A DNA stretch of 64,000 bases from Octopus sinensis (Eukaryota), in contig NW_021832389.1 of assembly GCF_006345805.1 (NCBI RefSeq), positions 21,288 to 85,287 of the forward strand, given 5' to 3'. Each line of letters starts with the position of its first letter. Position 1 is the stretch's first letter. The notes under the pieces are model-generated. The model worked only from the letters and a program-made list of their open reading frames with translations, was not told the DNA's origin and searched no databases. Both the position numbers and the translations under genes were made by a program. This document shows positions 27,131 through 41,132 of the stretch, piece by piece.

Positions 27131-27367
27131 GCCCCCTGGTTACCGTGTATGGCCATTGCACGAAGCTTAACTGTTACTGGTGCTGTGATTGAATGTGACT
27201 TTTTAGCCCAGCTAAAGACCTACAATGTCTTGTACAAAATTGGCAACTAAAACCTGTACTGGTAATAGCCGGCCTGTAGTTGTAACTGGACTTCATATAC
27301 CTTTGCATGTCGTTTAAGTCCTCCTGGCGAATTACACTCTCTTCCACATGCCCGACAGATATGATTA

Positions 27368-27543
27368 GTATGGTGTGTTACACCACCACCACCAGTGGCC
27401 AGGTTGTCACTCATCTGTCTCGTTTTATGACTACGAAGATGACTTTTGAGTTCAGCTTTACTGAAGCAGAGTCATCTTCGTAGTCATAAAACGATACAGA
27501 TGAGTGACAACCTGGCCACTGGTGGTGGTGTAACACACCATAC
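27368..27543. mobile_element. Palindromic MITE-like fold-back (~75-bp arms), TA-flanked
   Basis: Left arm 27368-27444 is the reverse complement of 27470-27543, with one mismatch and one CCA indel. The spacer has its own TTCAG/CTGAA stem. Confidence 0.8.
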
Positions 27544-27701
27544 ATACATAAATACATACATACATACATACATACATACATACTACATACATACATACAT
27601 ACATACATATCCAGACTACGATTTCATATTCATCCCAATAATATTCGGGGCACTAGGTTTTGTTAGTTACTGCTTGAAGGAAAGTCTGGATAAATTGGTG
27701 T

Positions 27702-28552
27702 TTACTTTTCCAATGTTCTCCTACGAGAGATCCACACACTTCTTCTACCAGGGTTGGAAGGATTGAATCCAATTGGTGAAAATGCTTTCATCCTGTTGAT
27801 CAAAATAGTCATAAACAGTAGGTATAACATCATCATCAATGTGATACATGTTCTCGGCCAGGTGAGTTTTTTAATGTTGGGGAATGGATGGTAGTTAGAT
27901 GGAGCCAAATCAGAAGGAAAATGGGGGTTGTCAATCGCTTCAGAGCCATAGTTACACACGGAATTTTTCATCCCAATAAACTGAGGCCATCACTTTCACC
28001 TCTGACGAAACGGCCTTGGCTTTCTTTGGAACTGGTGAGAAAGAGTGTTTCCAGTACAAAGATTGTCTTTTTGTCTCTGGCTGAAAGTGAGAAGATCAAC
28101 AGTCATTCTGGGTGAGGATATGTTCAAGGAATCCACCTGGATCTATCTCAAAGAATGTCAGATTTTCGCATAATGTGATCGCCCTAATGAAGTTTTGGTC
28201 AGGTGTCAGAAGACGGGACAGAATTCTTTGTCATGCCAGGTTATTTATGCAGAATATTCTCGACTCTGCTACGAGAGATGTTAACAGCATCAGCTATTTA
28301 ATATATAAGCAATCTCCTGTCACCCATCACCCTGTGGCGAACACAGACAGTGTTTTCTTCGCTGTTGGCAGTTGTAGGGTATCCAGACCTTGGATTATCT
28401 CCAAGACAATCCCTTCTTCTGCGAAATGCAGCTTCCTATTTTTGGATTGTCAATGAAGCTGGTGCGCCATCTAGTATTTTTGCAACCAGCATAAATGTGG
28501 TTGGGGGCTAAACCCTTTTTTCTGAAGATACTTGATGCCAAATATTGTCCAT
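27702..28552 (-). pseudogene. Mariner transposase pseudogene (WVPRLLT type), internally deleted
   Basis: Minus strand with frameshifts: MDNIWH..KYLQKKG..DNPRSGYPTTA..VPRLLTPDQ..FQPETKRQS..KVMASVYWD, then a direct jump to HFPSDLAPSNYHPFPNIKK (YSPDLAPSD motif). Confidence 0.85.
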
Positions 28553-28717
28553 TTTCAAGAGAATTCGTTATTTGTTACCTTGGAAATATTCTTTGAAAAG
28601 TCAGGTGTCAGTTTAACTGGAAACCAGCAAAGTGAATTTGAAATGGAAGCATACACGATTATCTCACCTTTAGCATCACTCCTTCATATCCAGCCTATGA
28701 AGGATTCAGTAAATACC

Positions 28718-28948
28718 CATTTCTTTATTACCCACAAGGGGCTAAACATAGAAGGGACAAACAAGGACAGACATAGGTATTAAGTCGATTACATCGACCC
28801 CAGTGCGTAACTGGTACTTAATTTATCGACCCCGAAAGGATGAAAGGTAAAGTCGACCTCGGCGGAATTTGAACTCACAACGTAACGGCAGACGAAATAC
28901 CGATAAGCATTTCGCCCGGCGTGCTAAAGATTCTGCCAGCTCGCCTCC
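28718..28948 (-). mobile_element. SINE-A, full length
   Basis: Complete reverse-complement copy. Candidate 8-bp TSD TAAATACC at 28710-28717 and 28949-28956. Confidence 0.9.
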
Positions 28949-28971
28949 TAAATACCACACACACACACACC

Positions 28972-29003
<32 letters not shown>

Positions 29004-29861
29004 TGTATGTATGTATATGTATGTATGTATGTATGTATTATGTATAAGTGTGTGTATGAATACATTAAAAACTATTGCATTGTTCCGGATACTGTCGACG
29101 GTCTGAGCAGCACGGTGACATCTTTTGAAATACAATAGTATAATGTTCGTTTACGTGTATGTGTAGGTGTGTGTGTATGCGTGTGTGCGCGGACGTGTGT
29201 CTATTTAGATATTTTGGTTCCATTCATAAGTCCAATAAAGTTTCTAGAGTTAGTTCCGTGACCTATTATAGCTGACACCAATCTCTAGTCCAGCCAATGT
29301 TTTCCTACTATTTATTCTACGTGCTGAGATGCAATTAATTTTCTCAGCTTGATTCCTGCTTTATACTTTCATAAAACATGTAATTATCCACATTTATCTG
29401 AAGGAGATAGCATTTTTTCACCAGATTTTCATCGATGTCAAAAACGGACTTATTCAATGCGTTATGCCAATGGCAACACACTTCTGACTACAAATCTGGA
29501 CACACGTCATTTTATTATAGTTGTCTTCGATCAGAGAAAATTCCTGACCGCAGCTGTTACTGTCTAGAAACGAATTTGACAACAACGGCAGAAATATCTA
29601 TATCCTGGCTTGCTTTACAAGAAATAACTACTCTATCCCAATTAAACTCGTAATGTACGTTCTTAAAATATAAAGACAGATATTTATATAGTCGTAGCTC
29701 TATCGCAGAACATCTAATTCCCAACCACAAGGTTCCATATTCAGTCGCACAACGGGAAGCAGAAGACACCTGCCCGACTAAAGTTTGTCAGTGGGTATAG
29801 TATATGGAAACGGATAAAAGGCCGGTCGTAGATTTAAACACACACACACACATATATGTTA

Positions 29862-30058
29862 TCCAAGGGAAAGGCAGAGGGGCTGATACAGCTTGGCACC
29901 AGTGATGTTGCAACTCATCTCTACAGCTGAGTTAACTGGAGCAACGTGAAACAAATTGTCTTGCTCAAGAACACAATACGCAGCCGGCTCCGGGAATCGA
30001 ACTGATAACCTCACGATCGTAAGCTCGACGCTCTAACCACTGAGCCATGCGCCTTCAC
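29862..30058 (-). mobile_element. SINE-C head with a different 3' tail
   Basis: GGAGCAACGTGAAAC...GGGAATCGAAC...AACCACTGAGCCATGCGCCTTCAC; the tail does not match the other SINE-C copies. Confidence 0.75.
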
Positions 30059-31011
30059 TGTCTAACGAGTGATAGCAAGACGTAAACGAGAGATAACGAA
30101 CCGATAAACGAACCAACAATCTCTCTCAACCTATTAAGATTTACTCTCTCGATTTCATTTCATTTGGCGGGTTTCCGGTTACCCATGATCATTCAAAGGT
30201 TTAGCTGATCCCAGGTCACGGTAGAAAGGGGCCCATCTTAAACCAAGAGGATGCTTAATGGTATCAAACAACGTAGGTCTAAAGCAAAGCTGAGCAGGTT
30301 AACCAGACTGCTACGTCTGCAAATGTTGCAAGCAAATATTAAACCATTCTGGCGAGCAACTGTAAACTGTTAATAAAATGATTGCTTCAACAAACCTCGG
30401 TAAACGAATGAACCTCTTCGAAAATATTACATCGCCAGCGATGTTATATTGATATCTGTGACCTGAGGACGTATTTGTTTCGCTTGAAGGTTAACATGAC
30501 CTCTCCACAGTAGATTAGGGAACAGGTTTAGTGTGGTGACCCAAAGTTCTAATCATAGTTATTCTCCGTTTTCATGTTCTTTTTCTAGGGTCACGCGTTT
30601 TGATATGCAGGTCTTTGTCAGCTCAGCTCAGTCAACATGGCAGCAAATTTAATTCTGAAATGTTTTGTTTATTTGTTTGTTTGTCTCTTCGCAGATCGGT
30701 AGTTCAGTCGGCTGGTTAGTTGGTTGGTTGGTCGGTTGTTTGGTTCTTTCGTTGGGGGTGGGGGTGTCATTTTCCTTTCATTCGTGTTTTCATTTTTACT
30801 GTCTTTTTTTCTTTTCCCTCGACTGATGAAAGAACGGAAAAGGAAAAGCGTAGAAGAGAATGATAGAGAGAAAGAGGCAGACAAAGAGATAGAAAACTGA
30901 AAGAGTGAGAAAGAGAGGAGAGAGAAAGAGGTAGATGAAAGAGATTATGTGCGATATTGAGAGAGAGAGAGATGAAGCGATGGAGGTGGAGTTTTCAAGG
31001 AAAAACTGTCC

Positions 31012-31043
<32 letters not shown>

Positions 31044-31276
31044 GCGCGTGTATGTATGTATGTGTGTGCATGCGTATATATGTATATATATGTGTAATTA
31101 TACACATATACATATGAATGCGTATTTGTGTATATTTGTGAGTAACTCTCGTTTATAAATTTATCTATGCGTGTGTATGCATCTGTATCTGTGCACTTGT
31201 GTATGTCTATGCCTAAGTAGAATTGTGTACATCGTTTCATGTGCATATATATACAAATACACACACACAGACACAT

Positions 31277-31321
<45 letters not shown>

Positions 31322-32229
31322 CATATATTTGAATGTTTCTTTATATATATATATATATATATATATCTCCACCAGTATGCATTCCGGGTATTTGCATGCA
31401 TATGCATAGTTGAATATATCTGTGTAACATATCTGTGTATATACGTATCTACCTCGTTTATATTACATGTATACTATATGTGTGTATATATATATATGTA
31501 TATGCATGTGTGTGTATGTGTGTATATATCTGCGTGTTTTGTATGATTGTGTTTGAAGAAGCATATGTCATATGTGTGAGTATCTGCGTGAATATACGTG
31601 CGGGTGTATGCAAATGCGTGTGTTTGCATTTGTAAATGTATTTATGTGTGCGTTTGCGCGCGTCTATATATATATATATATATATGTTTTCTCCTTTGTG
31701 CATTTATGTGTAAATTGTGTGTGTTTGTGTGTGTGTGTGTTGATATAATAGTTTGTATATGTTGTTGTTTTACAGGTATGTTTTGCATGTGAACAGATAT
31801 GTACGCGTACATATCCTTGTTTGTGTATGTGTGCTTGTGTGTGAATATGTTTGTGTGTGCGTGTGTGTGTGTGTGCATGTGTGTTTGCGTGTGTGTGTGT
31901 GTGTGTGTGTGAGTGTTTGTGTGTGTGTGTGTGCTTGTATACAGATGTGTTTCAAACACTGATAATTAATCAATAGTACAGATCTGATTTCCATAATTCC
32001 AGCAAATAGAGAGAAATGGAAAAAAAAAAAATTATAAAATTTAACAGGAAAAAAGAAAAGAAAAATGCAGAAAATGAAATAGTCTCGTTTAAAGGATAAC
32101 TACGACGAGGAGAAGGAGGGAGGGAATGGGGCGGAGGAGGGGAATAGAAGAATAGGAGGAGGAGGAGGAGCAGAACCGGGAGGTGCGGGGCGAGGAGGGT
32201 GGAGGAAAGGGATGGAAAAGATGGTGGTT

Positions 32230-32315
32230 TTCGGTAGCGCTTGTTGGGAAGACGACGATGATGATGATGATAGTGGTAGTGGTGGTGGTGGTGGTGGTGG
32301 TATTTTAGTGGTGGC

Positions 32316-32390
<75 letters not shown>

Positions 32391-32482
32391 GTTTTTAGTG
32401 GTGGCGATGATGATGATGATGATGATGATAGGGGTGTTAGTGTTGGTGCTGGTGGTGGGGGTGTTTTTAGTGGTGGCGATGA

Positions 32483-32516
<34 letters not shown>

Positions 32517-33000
32517 GGTGGTGGTGTTTTTAGTGGTGGCGATGATGATGATGATGATGTTGGTGGTGGTGGTAGTGGCTGGTGGTTGCGCTGATAATGA
32601 TAGTGATAATAATGATGTTAATGATGAGGATGATAATACAGCTAACGATTGGGGTAACGACGGTTATGCTAATGATGATGAAGATGATGATGATGATGAT
32701 GATGATGGATGATGATGATGATGAGATGATGATGATGATGATGATGACGATAACGTTGGTGGTTGTGGTGGTGGTGGTGACGATTATATGGTGGTGGTGG
32801 TGGTGGTGGTGTTTTTTAGTGTGGCGATGATGATGATGATGATGATGATGACGATAACGTTGGTGGTTGTGGTGGTGGTGGTGGTGGTGGTGGTGGTGAT
32901 GGAAGTGCTGCTGGTAGTCGTGGTGGTCGTGGTGATATAGGTGGTGGCGCTGGTGCAGACGATGATCATCATAATGATGACGATCATCATCGCCATGATG
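32230..33000. repeat. Compound (GGT)n/(GAT)n repeat punctuated by the motif GTTTTTAGTGGTGGCGATG
   Basis: Motif at ~32302, 32391, 32463, 32526 and 32813; GATAACGTTGGTGGTTGTGG occurs twice (~32747, ~32853). Confidence 0.9.
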
Positions 33001-33344
33001 AACATTCTTAAAACCAAAAAAAAAAAAAGAATTATCTGCAATACGATAATGATTTTTGCATTAGATATGAACAGCTTGAGATATAGTAGTGGCAGCAGTA
33101 AGAGTAGTGGTAGGTTAAATTAGTGTAAAATACTACTGCTACTACGACTGCTCTTACTACTAATAATAATGATTATAAAACGACAGCGACAATACCTCAA
33201 AGCAACAACAAATACAACGATAATAATAAGAATAATAATTTCGGGGAAAAGGGGGTCTCTTTGCCCTAGGAGCCGGGAAGACAATCGGCAAGAAACGGAA
33301 AGAAAATTGAAAGAAGAGGATTATAATATTTTTTGCTACTGAAG

Positions 33345-33559
33345 GAACAAGGCTTTGAAATATGGTGCAAAGAGACTATTCGATTACATCGACCCTCTCA
33401 ACTGGAATTTAATTTATCGACAAAGAAAGGGTGAAAGGCATATAAGGCCTGAACATAATTCGAACTTAGCGAAAGGCGAAAGGCGAAATACCGCTAAGCA
33501 TTTCGTCCAGCGTGCTAACGATTCTGCCAGTTCGCCAGCTTAATTAATTAATAATGATG

Positions 33560-33591
<32 letters not shown>

Positions 33592-33800
33592 TGTAATAAT
33601 GATCCTTTGTGCAATAAGTACAAGACCTAGATTTTTCTGTGGCAGGGAGACAATCTATAACATCGACCCAGTACTCAATTTGTACTTGACTTATAAACCC
33701 CGAAAGTCGACCTCGGCGAAATTTGAACACAGAACGTAGCGGCAGGCGAAATACCGCTAAACATTTCGCCCGGCGTGCTAAGGACTCTGCCAGCTCGCCG

Positions 33801-33803
<3 letters not shown>
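33345..33803 (-). mobile_element. Two SINE-A remnants separated by (AAT)n
   Basis: GAAATACCGCTAA(G/A)CATTTCG..CGTGCTAA...CTGCCAG at ~33485-33540 and ~33750-33803. Confidence 0.8.
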
Positions 33804-33856
<53 letters not shown>

Positions 33857-34619
33857 TAATTAGTGAGACTGCAATAATTATTACCCGTGTTGTTTATAAT
33901 TATATTTAATATTTATACCACAATTTCTTTTCTTCTGTAACCGGTTTAATAAAACCTCCCACCTAAACGCACACATCATTTATATAATCGCTCTTTCCAC
34001 TCTCCCCTTTATTCGGAGCTGCTGTGTCAAATGCAGTTATTATTTATTTAGCTGTATCGTTCGGGCGTTGGACAAAATGGCCATAGGATATTTATTCCCG
34101 CTCTTTACGCTTTAAGTTAAAATTCCCCGGAAATCAACTTTGCCTTTCGTCCTTTTTAATCGATAAAATCAATAAAATAACACAACAGCTGAGCAATCAG
34201 CTGAATGTAATCCACTTACAGCCACACTAAAAAAAAAATTCCTCGCTTTGTGCAAAAATTTTTAACTATTATTATTTGGCAGAAACGTTAGAGAGTCGGA
34301 CAAAATTATTACATTTGTTGCGGGTCTTCACGCTCTAAGTTTAAATTCCATCAATGTTTTATTTCTTTATTCAATATAATAAAGTGCTAGTCAAACGCAG
34401 GCATCTTCGAAATTTCTGACCTTGAGCATAAATTGGAAATTACTAAAGGGTTTTGGAATGACAGAATCGTGAGAGTGTAAACCAAAATTCTATACGGTAT
34501 TTGTTCCGCATCTTTATATTTTGATTTCATATCACACTCAAAGTCAATTTCTAGGGTTGATAGAATGTAGCGCCATTCTAGTATGAATCTGGCAGCGACC
34601 GACGCATGGGAGAATTCAG

Positions 34620-34745
34620 TGCTGTGTACCAAAGAAGGTATAGGTGAAACAAATTGAGGAAGACCTAAAGTCGCAACGCCTCGAACTCCAGCATATTAAG
34701 GCCAAAACCATGGATCGGAAAGCGTAGAATAACATCACACATGTC
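34620..34745 (+). mobile_element. RTE-like LINE C-terminal remnant
   Basis: Translation KQIEEDLKSQRLELQHIKAKTMDRKA* (TAG probably from TGG) resembles the RTE ORF ending ..EDL....A.DR..W. Confidence 0.45.
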
Positions 34746-35392
34746 CGTCATCCATCGGTATCTACAGCAGCGTTTTGTTAAAAAGGAGAACCTACACCTC
34801 TGGTCGCTGGTTAGCGATTTCAGATGCAGATTCAGATAGTACAGGAGTATATGATATCGACAAATGACCACTACACATTAAAATTGTTGAGTTTGTGCCT
34901 CAATTAGAAACTATTATAAGGGTGGTGATTTCGCAGAGTCGTTAAAGTATCAAAAAGAAATTCTTTGTGTCAATTTTTGTGATATATTATCTTCTGATTT
35001 CAAATTCTGCCGAAGTTTAATTTACGTTTTATCTGTCCGGGACGATAAAACAACGTACCAGTGAAGTGCTCCAGCCTGTTGGATCTGCCAGTGCCCACTC
35101 TAATAGGAAGCGAGCAGGCAGAATCGTTAGCACGGCGGACAAATAACTGCCTGGTCACGTCATTGAATGTGCAGAAAATATGCTGTGTTCTATTTCGTTG
35201 GAGATCAGTTATTGTAACTGTTTAGCCAGAAATTATCTTTCATCGTATGGCTTTATGGGTAATGATGTCCCAGCCGTCATGATTCCGTCTACAGTTTTTA
35301 TTTGTACATGGGAACCCTTGAACAAGTCATCCATCGTGTAACTTTCTAAGCCCGTTTCGTGTGTTCTGAGGAAAGTCCTGCTGCTTTATATA

Positions 35393-35622
35393 TGTTTCTT
35401 TATTACCCACAAGGGGCTAAACATAGAAGGGACAAACAAGGACAGACATAGGTATTAAGTCGATTACATCGACCCCAGTTCGTAACTGGTACTTAATTTA
35501 TCGGCCTCGAAAGGATGAAAGGTAAAGTCGACCTCGGCGGAATTTGAACCCAGAATATAACGGCAGACGAAATACGGCTACGCATTTCGTCCGGCGTACT
35601 AACGTTTCTGCCAGCTCGCCGC
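35393..35622 (-). mobile_element. SINE-A, full length
   Basis: Complete copy. Candidate 9-bp TSD CTTTATATA at 35384-35392 and 35623-35631. Confidence 0.9.
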
Positions 35623-36401
35623 CTTTATATAGCAGGTGGTTTGATGCGTAGATGATACTTTCGTTGGCTTTTGTCATAGACTCAAGTGCTGATTGGTGCA
35701 ACATAAGTACCAGACATACACTAGGGTCCACAGATGGATAGTTTAATGAATGACGACTATTTCTGTAGAATATCAGAGAAAATGCTTCGCTGTTTTTAAT
35801 CTATTAGTTTGTGCGATCTGAGTTCAAACCCCACAAGGGCAATCTTTAACACTTTGCAAAACTCTGCAATATGTACCAGTCGTGTATTAGGGGGGGGGAC
35901 ATCATTCAAAATGGCGGCAACTAAGAAAGATATAAAATCACCTTTCATATTTTTGTCATGATTTCAAATGACTTGGCTTCAGGGTTGTTGTTTGTTTGCC
36001 CTTCTCCCCTTCCGATTTTTTAGGCATTCTTGGTTCTTTCTTTTAACTTAGCCATCAAGACAAATGCCAGGCTGAGGCATCGTCGTCGAAGCAGAGTGCG
36101 TTTAATGGACTACGACTTCTCCGTTTCATCTTTTAGCATCTCCTCTTACTACACCTACTCGTCTCCAGCCGTCCTGATACTATTATGGATTGGTGTAAAA
36201 GATGGTAATCAATAATTATATAACATACATGACCAATTAACTAATCGGATTAGTCGCACTAACAGCAGCAGCAGAAGCAGCAGCAGAAGCAGCAGCAATA
36301 GTAGTAGTAGTAGTAGTAGTAGTATAGTAGTAGTAGTAGTCAGAGGAGGGCGGATGAGACAGTAGCTAAAGGACTCCAATGAGATGCAATATTACCAACA
36401 T

Positions 36402-36453
<52 letters not shown>

Positions 36454-36597
36454 GCAGGAAGTGTAATAGAGATGGCAAAATGATTGCAATAGAAATTCAA
36501 TTATTGTTAAAATTCAATTATTGTATTAAAAACATTATTACGCCATTATACAATCACACACATACAGATGTGCGTGCGACTGTTCAATGATTCAGTG

Positions 36598-36649
<52 letters not shown>

Positions 36650-36664
36650 ATATATGTGTGTGTA

Positions 36665-36708
<44 letters not shown>

Positions 36709-36734
36709 ATATATGTATATATGTATATATGTAC

Positions 36735-36765
<31 letters not shown>

Positions 36766-36893
36766 ATATACATACACGTATATGAACATACGTGTATGTA
36801 TATATATATGTGTGTGTGTGTGAGTGTGTATATACACAAATTCATAAATATATATATATACACATCTATATATATTTATCTCCTCTCTCTCTG

Positions 36894-36936
<43 letters not shown>

Positions 36937-37354
36937 ATACATACACAAATAAACGGATAGATAGACAGACAGACACTCATGCGTGCGGCTGTGATTGAGA
37001 GATATCACGCAACACACGGTTGAAAAATAGGTTTATGCTTCTTTACAGACGTGATGCAATGTTGCTCAACTAATATGGTACGTGCAATCATGACGAGAGA
37101 CGTGGCCAGCCGTCTATTAACGCTGAGATCATTCTGTAATGGTAGTAGGATTGGTAATAATCCTGACAGTGTGGTAATTCCTGGTAGAGACTGCAGTACT
37201 CTGTTGATGTACTTAGTAACGCTGTGTTAGGCCTTTGCAACGTTTTAACCACAGGCTAGTGTTTAACTTGAAGTCTTGCGATTAAAATTAATTACGGACA
37301 TGTTCATACGGTTTAGTTTTAAACTGTACACACATACATACGCGTGTATATAAT

Positions 37355-37740
37355 ACGTGTGGTAAGTAGCTTGCTTACCAACCACATGGTTCCGGGTTCA
37401 GTCCCACTGCGTGGCACCTTAGGCAAGTGTCTTCTACTACAGCCTCGGGCCGACCAATGCCTTGTGTGTGGATTTGGTTGACGGAAACTGAAAGAAGCCC
37501 GTCGTGTATATGTATATGTACATATATGCGTGTGTGTATTTGTGTGTCTGTGTTTGTCCCCCTAGCATTGCTTGACAACCGATGCTGGTGTGTTTATGTC
37601 CCCGTTAATTAGCGGTTCGGCAAAGGAGACCGATAGAATAAGTACTGGGCTTACAAAAGAGTAAGTCCCGGGGTCGAGTTGCTCGATTAAAGGCGGTGCT
37701 CCAGCATGGCCGCAGTCAAATGACTGAAACAAGTGAAAGA
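37355..37740 (+). mobile_element. SINE-B, nearly full length
   Basis: Collinear with 4433-4830; lacks the first ~15 nt. Confidence 0.88.
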
Positions 37741-38757
37741 GAGAAAAGAGAGAGAGTAATATTATTGAACGCACATCCTCAGTATATGTATTTTGCTTGT
37801 CCTTCCATAGTACGCTCTATTATGTGGCGGTGTGATTGACCCTTTCAAATCTCCAGGTAAAACACTTGAAAGGCATAGACAAGCGAGACAACTCACATTA
37901 AATCCCATTCGGGAGCGATCGACATCGATGTTTCACCATTTTTTGTGGCTTACCAACATGGCGTAATTGAATCGAATCGGCAGTGAACTGAAGAGTATGA
38001 AAACCATTTGCTGGTATGACCCGACGCTCTGCGTAAAAATAAATTCAAATATAAACTGGAAACAGCGCTAATGGTGTAAACATTATCGGAAGCGCATACT
38101 CAGTGTATGCGATTTGTTTGTTCGCTGCTAGGCTGCAAATTTCCGTGGTGGAGATGATTTCCTCAAAGCCCCAGTAGTTAAAATACACGAAAGTCATATA
38201 CAGGCGAGACAACTCACCCCAAATCCCGTTCAGGTGCGAAGGATCTCGATGTTTCATTTCCACCGCGCCAAACTACCACAGAGAGCAAGAGCCTTTGGCT
38301 GCTATTTCTAGGAAATAGCAGGACCACAAGCATGAAGGCCTATATTTCTGGAATTGTGCGTGTACTTATGTGTGCATTGGTAATATTATCATGTAATAGT
38401 TTCCAGAGTTTCAAGTAGAGAGATACATGGAATGACCCTTATCGGCCCACACGCACATTGCTGGGAGTCTCACAGTTAAGGTTATTCACTACTTCCTCTA
38501 GATTCCTATATATTTGGCAATAATGTGCACGGAAGTTTTTCTAAAGAATTGACCTTCTGGCTAACAAGGATTATGATCTTGACACCAATAACCTCTCCAC
38601 AAAACCACGCGATGTAAGCAATTTCACAATATGAAATGAAGATCACGTTTCGTGAATGTGTAGTACAGCATGGTGTTTTATGAGACGCCTGGATTTTTAT
38701 TGAAATGGCAGCATTATTACATTATTATAACTGTCTCATGAGATGGGTGTGGTATTG

Positions 38758-39165
38758 GTTTCAAATTTTGGCATAAGACCAGCAGTTTCTGAGAAGAGGT
38801 TAAGTCTATTAAATAGAGCCCAGCACTCCACCGGTTCATATTTTATTGAACCCGAAGGGACGAAAGGCAAAGTCGATACGGTGGAATTTGAACTCAGGAC
38901 CTAAAGACAGACGAAATACTGCTGAACAGTTTATCTTGTGTGCTGACGATTCCTTTTCTACTCTAGGCACAAGACCCAAAATTTTGGGGGAGGGATGCAG
39001 TCGATTAGATCGACCTCAGTACGCAACTGGTACTTAATTTATCGACCCCGAAAGGATGAAAAGCAAAGTCGACCTCGGTGAAATTTGAACTCAGAACGTA
39101 AAGACAGACGAAATACCACTAAGCATTTCGCCCGGCGTGCTGACGATTCCGCCAGCGTGCCGCCT
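38758..39165 (-). mobile_element. SINE-A dimer with mixed tails (type 3 then type 2)
   Basis: Two core copies. Tails AGGCACAAGACCCAAAATTTTGGGGGAGGG and TTTCAAATTTTGGCATAAGACCAGC (plus strand). Confidence 0.8.
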
Positions 39166-40329
39166 TCTCAAGATGGGGTTAATATTAAAATGTTCTGCTG
39201 TCCAGAATACTACAAAAATTTGCCGCAATCCTAACTAAGCTACCTTTATTTATGCACTTGATAATTATCTAATCATTCGGTAATTTTGTCGTACCTCGGG
39301 AGGATCATTACGTCAATAATAAATACACGCACTGATTCTAATTCACTTCTTTGATAGTCTTCAATTTTTTAGGCATTTAAACTAAGTAACTGATCTACCG
39401 TTTATATATCCGTTCGTTTAATCAACCACTCATATTATATTTTTGAATGGCCTTTCGTTTCCTTTTGCATTCTCTACAATTACATGCTCTCTTTAACTCG
39501 GGTTTATATACAGAATCTTGCAGACCGAATGCAAAACGAAACATTCTTTAAATAATTCCTTAGAAAGAGTCAAAGATGGAATCTCAGCGGTTTCCTTTAA
39601 TGACCAAGAAGTAGGACACAGCCCTTTATTTCAACACATTAAAGATGACGATCGTAGATGTTCCGTGTTTGATTAAAATAAGTTGAAGTGGCTACAGTTA
39701 GAGTGTCTTTGATTATAGGTCCTCTGACTCAGGGCCGGCGTCTGATAAAAATCTTACACGTTTCAGAGTTGTTTAGCAATTATCGTAGCGGTCCGGCTGC
39801 AGTATAGCCTTGAACGCTTTAAACGATAAAATAGACCGGCAACCGGAATTATTTCAAAGACTTTGTTTTCTATCGATCTGTTTATAGCGAACCGCTAATT
39901 TACGTGGCCGTAAACAAACAACAAAGGGTGGTTGTCAACCCTAAGCGGCCATCAAAAAGACACACGCCTACACTCGCGCACATACATACATCAATATATA
40001 TATATATATATATATATATACACTCACATACATACATACGCGTGTGTGTATATATGCATATATATATATATATTTATACACATACACATGTGTGTGTATA
40101 TATGCATATATATATATATATCTACATACATATACATATGTAAATACGCATATACATACATATATATACAACGGATTTCCACTCAGCTGGCATCTATCAA
40201 ATTCAGTCACAAGGTTCCTCGAAAGGGGACGAAATCCGACACTATCTGCTTTGAAGGGGAACTTCTTAAACCACACCAACAAACAATCGCCTATACATAC
40301 ATACATACATACATACATACATACATACA

Positions 40330-40363
<34 letters not shown>

Positions 40364-40846
40364 CATATATACATGTGCAAATAAGTGCATATGTATGTGT
40401 ATGAGTGTGTCTATGTGTGTCTGTGTTTATGTAATTATGGAAGTAACTATATATATGTATGTTTATTGAAATTATGTATATGTAGAAATATCAATTTCAT
40501 TCCGTCTCTACTTAATTGAAACGCATTAACTATTTGCACTAATTATGTAAATCAACCCGGTTATTGTTTTGCTGCCGTTTGAAATGGACAGAGAGAAGCT
40601 ACCGTACAAAGAGAAAGAGGCATTAACATTAAGCTCAATTAAACGACTTCAAACAATGAATCTAGGACGACGACGACATAGCCGTGTCCTTGATCGATCT
40701 ACACACAATTCAATGTGACAAGTGGATGAAATGAGGTGACCGGGTACACGAGAAATTGCTATTTAGAAACCTGTGTTACTTCTTAGTAAGTCCGTAAAAC
40801 TAACAGTGGTACGGTTTGTGAGTTTGCGTGCCTCTATATATATGAT

Positions 40847-41078
40847 AGGCGGCGAGATGGCAGAAGCGTTAGCGCGCTGGGCGAAACGCTTAGCGGTATT
40901 TCGTCTGTCGTTACGTTCTGAGTTCAAATTCCGCCGAGGTCGACTTTGCCTTTCATCCTTTCGGGGTCGATAAATTAAGTACCAGTTACGCACTGGGGTT
41001 GATGTAATCAACTTAATCCCTTTGTCTGTCCTTGTTTGTCCCCTCTCTGTTTAGCCCCTTGTGGGCAGTAAAGAAATA
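40847..41078 (+). mobile_element. SINE-A, full length
   Basis: Complete head, core and tail-1, ending GCAGTAAAGAAATA, in a TA-rich site. Confidence 0.92.
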
Positions 41079-41132
41079 TATATATATATCATATACACTT
41101 TATACATGCACATATATATGTGTCTGTGTATG

